DNA of 21,368 nt from contig CAZVZC010000035.1 of assembly GCA_964631415.1 (NCBI GenBank), forward strand, positions 1 through 21,368, read 5' to 3'. Shown piece after piece: positions 1 through 6,362 of the stretch (position 1 is the stretch's first letter; each line of letters starts with the position of its first letter). The translations under genes were made by a program, and so were the position numbers. Under the pieces are notes generated by a model. It worked only from the letters and a program-made list of their open reading frames with translations, ran no database searches and was not told the DNA's origin. The stretch is from an uncultured archaeon (lineage in GTDB: Archaea; Asgardarchaeota; Thorarchaeia; Thorarchaeales; Thorarchaeaceae).

Positions 1-1
1 G

Positions 2-598
2 TCTTTCATTCTCCTGTTGCAGATTCTTGTCACAGCGAATGGGTCAGTCCTTTTCTTCCTGATACCCCGATTGGGCGAGTTGGGCCCATTTGTGCCTGTC
101 ACGGACTTCGGTGTTGAGAAGGGGCTTGCAATAGCCATCAGGTTTCTCGTGGTGGTCCTCTCCAGTATGCTGTTCGTTTCGGTCACTGATCCAACGCTTC
201 TCGCCTACTCCCTAACTAAGCTGGGTATTCAGTACAAGTATGCTTTTGCTCTTGTGATAGCTCTCCGGTTCTTGCCACTGTTCGACTCTGAAAACGACGC
301 GGTCCGAATGGCTCAAAGGTCCAGAGGGATTTCGATAGAGGTCGGCAGCATCTCCAAAATCCTGAGGGCTGCACGCTATACCTTCTTTCCGCTGCTTGTT
401 TCCGCTCTGTCAAAAGTTGAAGCCCTGTCATTGTCAATGGATGGCAGAGGCTTCGGGTACAGTGACCGCAGGACGTATCTACGAACTCCCGAATGGCATC
501 ATGCGGACACCATCGTCTTGTCGGCCTCAATCGGTTTCCTGTCACTATGCCTGCTATTGGGGCTTGGTCTTCTTCCCCAGCTCTCGGCTTACCTCTGA
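2..598 (+). CDS. ecfT: ECF transporter transmembrane component T (EcfT/CbiQ family), 5' end outside the window
   Basis: Hydrophobic helices, 'ALRFLP', and two X-R-G coupling motifs (AQRSRG, SMDGRG). The frame is open to the window edge. Confidence 0.88.
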   Translation, partial: SFILLLQILVTANGSVLFFLIPRLGELGPFVPVTDFGVEKGLAIAIRFLVVVLSSMLFVSVTDPTLLAYSLTKLGIQYKYAFALVIALRFLPLFDSENDAVRMAQRSRGISIEVGSISKILRAARYTFFPLLVSALSKVEALSLSMDGRGFGYSDRRTYLRTPEWHHADTIVLSASIGFLSLCLLLGLGLLPQLSAYL

Positions 599-2854
599 AG
601 GTGCAGGTCCCGAAGTAGGAAACCCAATGGCAGCCACAATGGAGCTGAGTGCCTCTCTCACATCCACTCTCCGACCATGTTCGAGGACGTTTGGGTAGTG
701 CTTGGAGTAGTGTTCCAGACACTTGCCAAGAGTCATCACAAACACATCAAGAGAACTCAGTCTCTCCCCAGTTGCTTCAATATCCTCAATCATCCGTTTC
801 GATGCCTGACCAACTGATCTCTTTACTGTGCTCCACGCCTTTGGCGCGGGCTCGTGAGATCTCTTTCGGCAGACAAGGATGATATCATACTTGATGTTGT
901 TCATCAGGTGAAGGTGAGTCGACGCCTTCATCTCACTCCTCACGGCATAGGCCGCAGTCACAAGGAAACCCGAGTTCAGAACCGACTGAAGGACAGAGGC
1001 CCATCCATCAAGGCTCTTGTGATGGAACGTAAAAACGAGGAGGCCACGTGTCCTCAACACCCGGTTCGCCTCGGAGAAGACGGAAGTGAGTCCTTCTAAG
1101 AACTCCCTGTCACCCTTTTTCTGAACCCTATTCGAGATCACCTCGTCCTCCCACGGGACAGTTTCTGCTGCAAAGTGCTTGTACCTCTCTCTCAATGCGA
1201 GTCGGAGCCAGACGTAGAAGAAGTTGGACAGCTCCGAGTACATCACATTGCCCGCATACGGGGGATCCGTGATCACAGCATCAACTATTCCGTCTGGAGC
1301 ATCTATCTTGGCAGATGACCCACAAATCAACAGTACATTCTTGCGCTTCTGGAAATCCTTGTAGTCTGATGCGATTTCAGCGACGATTGGGGTCTTGAAG
1401 CGGACTGTTCTCATGCCATTGTTCCCCACAGCGACTCTCTCAAAGGGGGCTTCGCAGTACCTCTTTGCTTCAATGATGAGTCTGACAAATGCTGTGAAAG
1501 GGCCTCTTCCCTTTGGGGTGTCGTAGCAGTTGCCCTCTACGGGCATCGTCGAGGGGGAGTATGAATGAGTTCTGAAGATGTCCGTTATGAACCCCCTTGT
1601 TGCGTTGTACTTGCACAACATGTTGTTGTACTTCAGACAGTTCGACAGGGCGAGTACTAAGAACTCCTTCAGGTTCCAGTCTTGGAGGCTCAGGATCCAC
1701 CTGTATATCTTGCCGAGATTGAGCAGCTGACGTGCACTAAACAGGTCTTCGAACCTAAGATATCCATGGTTCAAGGCACGACGGGTTTCCACACCCGTTG
1801 GAATACGAACATCCGGAATTGGCAATTCTTCTTTCTCTTTCTCAAACTCTATCTCCGCCTGCTCCAGCCTCTCGTAATCAGCCGCATCGGGCTTCTTGTA
1901 CCCTCGACCCCGCGACAGTTTTGGGTTGCGTCTTTCGTCACAAGCCCTGCAGTAGAACTCTATAGCATACATACGTTCCTTGGGCCGACCCTTGTTTCTG
2001 ATTGCATCAACGATTCTCGCAGGTCGACATCCATCATTTGGACACGAGTAATCCTGCCCCGATGTGTACGATACATCTCTTGGCACAAACTCAGTACCGC
2101 ACTTGGCACACCTGACTTGGGTGGCAGAGTCGCGGGTCTTGAACACATCCCAACAACAGGGACAGACCACCACATCTCCTGCCCCACTAGGGAGCCGTGC
2201 CAAGAGGAAGTTCTTCATCAAGGGCACCAAGGAGCCGCAGTCGGGACATTCAAGCTCCTTGCAGTGGAAGTAGTAAATCCCTTCTGCATCGCCTCCACAC
2301 TCAGGACAGGCAGTCCTGTAGTACTTGCGTAACTCGGGGCCGATATCTCGCTCCATCTCGACGAGACTGTTCTCAAGTGCACATGGATCAATGTGTTCAA
2401 TCTCTTTCTTCACAATGAACCATGAAACCGGGTTGAGATCTCCTGCAATGACTCTGCATCCAAGTCTGAGTGCTTCCACAACAGTGGTTCCGCCACCCAT
2501 CATAGGATCGAGTACCACCTTGCCAGTGAGGTGTACGTCGCGTGAGTAGAGCTGCCACAGACTGTGTGGGTCTTGATCCCAGTCGCTTAGTCGATTGTCA
2601 GCAAGTGTGTAGAGGAGGATTGCTCTGAAGACAGACCCGAGCCGCCGTGCCCACCACTTGTGCATGACATACACTGGCCGATAGTGACGTCGTCCAAAGC
2701 CCGTTGACTCCTTCTCGGCTATCTTGTTGACCTCAGCGGTTGGAAACACGGTTTCTATTGGTCTTACGGGCAGGGCGGTTCCTCCTGTCATATGAGGGAC
2801 TGTAATCATAGTGTGCTTTTTGTGTCTTGAGGACAAACTGATGTACTGCTGCAT
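554..2854 (-). CDS. Adenine-specific DNA methyltransferase with Zn ribbons (DUF1156/COG1743-like)
   Basis: N-terminal HKWWARR motif, SAM-binding motif I 'VLDPMMGGGTTVVEALRLG', catalytic motif IV 'TDPPY', and several CxxC-type pairs between them. The true start may be ATG 2809 or later. Confidence 0.88.
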   Translation of the reverse strand: MQQYISLSSRHKKHTMITVPHMTGGTALPVRPIETVFPTAEVNKIAEKESTGFGRRHYRPVYVMHKWWARRLGSVFRAILLYTLADNRLSDWDQDPHSLWQLYSRDVHLTGKVVLDPMMGGGTTVVEALRLGCRVIAGDLNPVSWFIVKKEIEHIDPCALENSLVEMERDIGPELRKYYRTACPECGGDAEGIYYFHCKELECPDCGSLVPLMKNFLLARLPSGAGDVVVCPCCWDVFKTRDSATQVRCAKCGTEFVPRDVSYTSGQDYSCPNDGCRPARIVDAIRNKGRPKERMYAIEFYCRACDERRNPKLSRGRGYKKPDAADYERLEQAEIEFEKEKEELPIPDVRIPTGVETRRALNHGYLRFEDLFSARQLLNLGKIYRWILSLQDWNLKEFLVLALSNCLKYNNMLCKYNATRGFITDIFRTHSYSPSTMPVEGNCYDTPKGRGPFTAFVRLIIEAKRYCEAPFERVAVGNNGMRTVRFKTPIVAEIASDYKDFQKRKNVLLICGSSAKIDAPDGIVDAVITDPPYAGNVMYSELSNFFYVWLRLALRERYKHFAAETVPWEDEVISNRVQKKGDREFLEGLTSVFSEANRVLRTRGLLVFTFHHKSLDGWASVLQSVLNSGFLVTAAYAVRSEMKASTHLHLMNNIKYDIILVCRKRSHEPAPKAWSTVKRSVGQASKRMIEDIEATGERLSSLDVFVMTLGKCLEHYSKHYPNVLEHGRRVDVREALSSIVAAIGFPTSGPAPSEVSRELGKKTKPQ

Positions 2855-2870
2855 CTGTCAGCTGAGTAAC

Positions 2871-2880
2871 GTTTTTATTT
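2871..2880 (+). promoter_or_regulatory. Putative TATA box of tRNA-Tyr
   Basis: GTTTTTATTT about 26-35 nt upstream of the tRNA 5' end, in an otherwise GC-rich background. Confidence 0.45.
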
Positions 2881-2905
2881 CTACTGAACGCCCATCCGGG
2901 GGCAA

Positions 2906-3013
2906 CGGAGCGTAGCTCAATCTGGCTGTTCTGCGACGAGTCGCCCGGGACCGGAAGAGAGCTATGGACTGTAGATCCATTGGTTGGGAGTTCAAATCTC
3001 CCCGCTCCGACCA
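2906..3013 (+). tRNA. tRNA-Tyr(GUA) with a 29-nt non-canonical D-loop intron (about 2928-2956) and encoded CCA
   Basis: Acceptor CGGAGCG/CGCTCCG (C1-G72, A73), anticodon arm ATGGA-CTGTAGA-TCCAT, T arm GGGAG-TTCAAAT-CTCCC. The D-loop is interrupted by a BHB-forming insert. Confidence 0.93.
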
Positions 3014-3118
3014 TTCACTCTCAATTCTCGTATCGCCACAGTAGCATTGGCCCGGCAGATGGAGGGCATGTCTTTGGGACGGGCATCTCTCATTGATGGA
3101 AGCCATGGCCTATACTCG

Positions 3119-3266
3119 TTCGCGAATAGAAACTTGAAGGGCTCATGGCTGGACTGATCTCTGAGGCCGACTCGGCACAGTCTGTTGTCAAGGACTGCGA
3201 CCCCAGTGCCGTTTCTGGGTGGACGCAGTTTCTTGTTTCCACCTTGTCCAACCAACAATGAACGGT
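3119..3266 (+). repeat. Dispersed ~148-nt structured element, copy 1 (candidate ncRNA or mobile-element end)
   Basis: Aligns with 15865-16012: 22-nt identical core CGACCCCAGTGCCGTTTCTGGG (3198-3219) and a shared 3' block TGTCCAACNNACAATGAACGGT. Confidence 0.8.
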
Positions 3267-3331
3267 ATTACTCCGCCAATACAGGTCTTTTAGTAGTCTA
3301 CTGACGAACTCCTGTTAGGTGGACTGTCGAG

Positions 3332-3619
3332 ATGAACACAATCGAGGCCAAGATAAAGTCGGGTCTAGAAGGTCAAGGCATTCGGGTACATTCTGTGTAT
3401 AAAATGCCAGAAGCCGAGGAGGACCGCGTGCTGCTAGCCTTCAACTCAATGGACAACCCCCGACTGACAACTGCCAGAGTGGAAGAAGCATTGAGCGCCC
3501 TTGGGGTGGGCGAATTCAAGGTACCAACGACGTTTGAGCGTCTGAGTGCATCTTTTCTCCATCTGGAGGTCATCATGAGCGCACGCACTGAGCACGAAGT
3601 GAGAAGCGGGGCCGAATGA
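3332..3619 (+). CDS. Hypothetical protein (95 aa)
   Basis: ATG preceded by an AGGTGG SD-like motif. Globular, protein-like composition. No family recognised. Confidence 0.7.
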   Translation: MNTIEAKIKSGLEGQGIRVHSVYKMPEAEEDRVLLAFNSMDNPRLTTARVEEALSALGVGEFKVPTTFERLSASFLHLEVIMSARTEHEVRSGAE

Positions 3620-3677
3620 CTCCAACTCCGAGTGCTATGTGTTCTACTCGTCGCTCCACATCGGTGGTGGTTGAAAC

Positions 3678-4445
3678 ATGGACCTTAAGCTAGACGGCAA
3701 GAGGATGCTTGTCACCGCGGCGTCTCGCGGTCTAGGATTTGGCGTGGCAAGAGCGCTTGTGGGCGAAGGTGCAGAAGTGATCATCTGCGGGCGTACTGAG
3801 GAGTCCCTGAAGAAGGCAGTTTCTGGCCTCGGTGATCATTCTCAGTATGTCGTGGCAGACGTGTCGAAACAGGAAGGTGTGACTTCGCTCATGGAGCGCG
3901 TGAGGTCCATCAGTCCGAGGCTCGACGGACTCTTCGTCAATGCAGGTGGCCCACCCCCGGGGACATTCCTGAGCCTGACCGACAGCGATTGGTATTCATC
4001 ATTCGAACTCACTCTTATGAGCGCAGTCTGGCTCACTAGACAGGCACTGCCTCTTCTCAGAGGGTCTCAGAGTCCAGCAATACTGTATAGCACATCTGTT
4101 TCGGTCAAGCAGCCTCTTGAGAATCTGCTTCTCTCCAATGCAATGCGCCCTGCGGTGATTGGAATGATGCGCACGCTGGCGGATGAGATTGGGCCTGATG
4201 GGGTCCGCGTGAATGCTGTCTGCCCCGGCTATATCTACACAAAACGTGTCGAAGAAATCATGGCGAAGTCAAAGGGAAAGAAGTCCCAGTCAGAGGAGAG
4301 CATCAAGGCCATGATTCCTCTGCGTAGGATGGGACGACCAGAGGAGTTTGGCGCCATTTGTGCATTCCTGCTGAGTCCAGTTTCCAGCTATGTGCATGGG
4401 GCACTGCTTCTGATCGATGGTGGCTTCTTCAGGGGTATGATGTGA
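3678..4445 (+). CDS. Short-chain dehydrogenase/reductase (FabG/BKR-like SDR)
   Basis: TAASRGLG Rossmann motif, VNAGGPP, SNAMR at the catalytic YxxxK position, GVRVNAVCPG, IPLRRMGRPEE, IDGG. Confidence 0.92.
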   Translation: MDLKLDGKRMLVTAASRGLGFGVARALVGEGAEVIICGRTEESLKKAVSGLGDHSQYVVADVSKQEGVTSLMERVRSISPRLDGLFVNAGGPPPGTFLSLTDSDWYSSFELTLMSAVWLTRQALPLLRGSQSPAILYSTSVSVKQPLENLLLSNAMRPAVIGMMRTLADEIGPDGVRVNAVCPGYIYTKRVEEIMAKSKGKKSQSEESIKAMIPLRRMGRPEEFGAICAFLLSPVSSYVHGALLLIDGGFFRGMM

Positions 4446-4473
4446 GAAGAGTATCAACGAGTCTTTCGTCGTT

Positions 4474-4510
4474 CTGCCCCGGTCAGCACGACATACAGAG
4501 CCGGGGGCAG
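4474..4510. terminator. GC-rich hairpin between the convergent SDR and SIS genes
   Basis: CTGCCCCGG...CCGGGGGCAG inverted repeat with one bulge. No U-tract. Confidence 0.3.
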
Positions 4511-4550
4511 TATCATGAGTATTGTGTAGTCGGCCTAGTTAGGGGCAACC

Positions 4551-5555
4551 TCAGTAGATCTTGAATGCTCCTGCGTGTGGCTGTCTGAAGCCCTGCTTAT
4601 TGGGGTCGTTCTTCAAGACCGCATAGTATGACGCCACCTGAAGCGCGATTGTGTTTGGGATTGTCTGCGCTAGTGGTGTAAGCAAGCCCAGTCCATCGTC
4701 AGTGTTGAGAGCATAGATGCGCATGCCTAGCTTGGTTCTGAGGGTCATGAGGAATCTCTCATCCTTGGGGGTGACCGGATTGTCTGAAATGACCACTGCT
4801 CGTTCGTCCTTGTCGATTGACATGTTGTAGTGGTGCTGAAACTCCTCTCTCAATGCTGCGATGCCCTTCACAACCGAAAACTCATCGAGTTTCATCATGC
4901 CAATCTGCGCAGCTGTGTAGTTGGGCCCATCAGAGATCAGATAGAGAGCCTTTCCTGTTTCGATAAGCTTGGAGATGGCAATCCCCTGTCGTTCTGACCA
5001 GCGTACGATTTCGTCCCCTTTCGACTCTAAGATGCCTATGTCGTGCTGGAGCGTGCTCTGGTCAGCTGTTGTGTGCTTTGCAGCGAGTGCAAGAAGGTAT
5101 GTGAGTGCACTTGTGGTGGTAGATGACGGGCTGATTTCATAGGACTTCAATCCAGAACTGGTCTGCCACACTCTATCTGCGAGCTGTGCGATTTTCCCCT
5201 GTGGATTGTCTGTCAGAGCAATGGTCATTGCACCACCAGACTTGGCGAACTCGAGTGCCTCAACTGTCGCCAGAGTCCGGCCAGAAGCACTCACTCCGAT
5301 AACGACAGAGTCCCGTCTGAGATGCAGTTTCTGCAGTTCGGGCGGCGACAGCGAAATCGCGTTGAATCCGGCCGTGAGAAGTGCCCACCTACCATACTCG
5401 GCAACGGCGTATGAATCGCCGCATCCAAGAAGCATAATGAGTTGTCTGCCTGAAAGAGGCTTCAGGTCGTCTTCTCTGACAGCTCTTATCGTAGCTGGTA
5501 TTGATGATGCCTGTCCCCTGATCGCTCGATAACAAGCATCTAGGAACTCGGTCAT
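4551..5555 (-). CDS. SIS-domain sugar-phosphate isomerase/deaminase-like protein (GlmS/AgaS/FrlB-like, two SIS domains)
   Basis: LLGCGDS, VIGVSASGRT, TIALTDNPQG, and second-domain motifs GMMKLDE and EEFQH. GGAGTGG SD upstream. Confidence 0.85.
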   Translation of the reverse strand: MTEFLDACYRAIRGQASSIPATIRAVREDDLKPLSGRQLIMLLGCGDSYAVAEYGRWALLTAGFNAISLSPPELQKLHLRRDSVVIGVSASGRTLATVEALEFAKSGGAMTIALTDNPQGKIAQLADRVWQTSSGLKSYEISPSSTTTSALTYLLALAAKHTTADQSTLQHDIGILESKGDEIVRWSERQGIAISKLIETGKALYLISDGPNYTAAQIGMMKLDEFSVVKGIAALREEFQHHYNMSIDKDERAVVISDNPVTPKDERFLMTLRTKLGMRIYALNTDDGLGLLTPLAQTIPNTIALQVASYYAVLKNDPNKQGFRQPHAGAFKIY

Positions 5556-5667
5556 TGATTATTCCACTCCTTGCAGAGTGTTCAGCTCGCTTCCTTATCT
5601 CGGTCACGATTGGACGCATCATGCCTAGGACACGCCAGACATGAATGAACACGGCACACAGAAGTAG

Positions 5668-5745
5668 TGGCGCCCCCGCCGGGATTTGAACCCGGGTTAG
5701 ACGAGTGACAGTCGCCTATGCTAGACCGTACTACACTACAGGGGC
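5668..5745 (-). tRNA. tRNA-Asp(GUC), intronless, encoded CCA
   Basis: Reverse complement reads GCCCCTG...GGCGA-CTGTCAC-TCGTC...CCGGG-TTCAAAT-CCCGG-CGGGGGC-G-CCA. Confidence 0.96.
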
Positions 5746-6102
5746 ACTCTCGACTCATCCGGCTCCAGACCCTGAATCCTCGAGTCGACTGGCTGGTCCG
5801 CCAGCATTTCTATTAAAGTTGTCGGAGTACAAATCGGTTCTCAGTCGAGCAAGAGGAAGTGTCCGACCACAGGGACCTGCCAGTGTGTGATCGAGTGCCG
5901 CGGACAACGGAAACCCCCTTCCAAACACCGAAACGAGTTGGTTTCATGGAAACACTTTTATGGCCACAGAATTCCGATTCGCTGCTTAGGCAGAGCTGCT
6001 TCCCGCTCATGCATGGCCATATGTGTCGTTCCAAATGAATCATGTTTTTGCAGGATGACTTCATGCAGAGCATGCTCCATAGGACACACAGGTGACTATC
6101 GG

Positions 6103-6208
6103 GGGCTAGTGGCGCAGCCAGGTAGCGCTGCAGGCTTTTAACCTGAAGGCCGCGGGTTCAAAGGACGCACACGTTCCATGGCGTCTGAAAGTCCCGCCTA
6201 GCCCGCCA
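6103..6208 (+). tRNA. tRNA-Lys(UUU) with a 29-nt non-canonical T-loop intron (6163-6191, position 59/60) and encoded CCA
   Basis: Acceptor GGGCTAG/CTAGCCC, anticodon loop CTTTTAA, T stem GCGGG/CCCGC. Canonical BHB: TTCA/TGAA helix, bulges AAG and AGT, intron helix GACGC/GCGTC. Confidence 0.94.
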
Positions 6209-6252
6209 TGGCCCTCATGATGGGTGGGGGTGGACCACTGCCAAGGCAAAAC

Positions 6253-6339
6253 GAACGGGGCGTCTATTGCGGCGAGAGAACTCGGACTTCTGGGTTCATG
6301 CATAGGGAAGCAATCACGCTGACAGTAGTGCCCCGGTTC
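6253..6339 (+). ncRNA. Predicted structured RNA (three-way junction) in the rpoB leader
   Basis: About 21-bp basal helix (6253-6274/6317-6339) enclosing an 8-bp hairpin (6278-6297) and a small third helix. Folded by eye. Confidence 0.45.
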
Positions 6340-6362
6340 TTCCAACAAGGTGTGGTGACAAG

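Noticed and set aside
554-3013. Integrative element at tRNA-Tyr carrying the methylase
   Set aside because: No integrase and no duplicated tRNA end (att site) in the window, and the methylase lies on the 5' side of the tRNA.
2992-3258. Minus-strand ORFs 2992-3258 and 15815-16039 sharing 'PPRNGTGV'
   Set aside because: The shared peptide is just the translation of the 22-nt invariant core. The copies differ by 1-nt indels that break any common frame, and the first ORF runs into the tRNA.
3198-3267. Assignment of the repeat to a known RNA class (HDV/theta, hammerhead, pistol, guanidine-III, preQ1-II, SECIS)
   Set aside because: The topology is loosely similar to some of these, but by eye the diagnostic nucleotides (HDV L3/P1.1, CUGANGA/GAAA, pistol UAAAU, SECIS GA quartet) are absent.
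4132-4148. SDR lacking the catalytic YxxxK (has SNAMR)
   Set aside because: SxxxR together with NAGGPP is characteristic of a known SDR subgroup and does not indicate a pseudogene.
5746-6102. Short ORFs (5705-5890, 5813-6073, 5887-6141) and hairpins between the divergent tRNAs, including a possible rpoH
   Set aside because: No RpoH motifs, the composition is not protein-like, and two ORFs overlap tRNAs. The hairpins are short and unsupported. The region is best read as a divergent promoter region.
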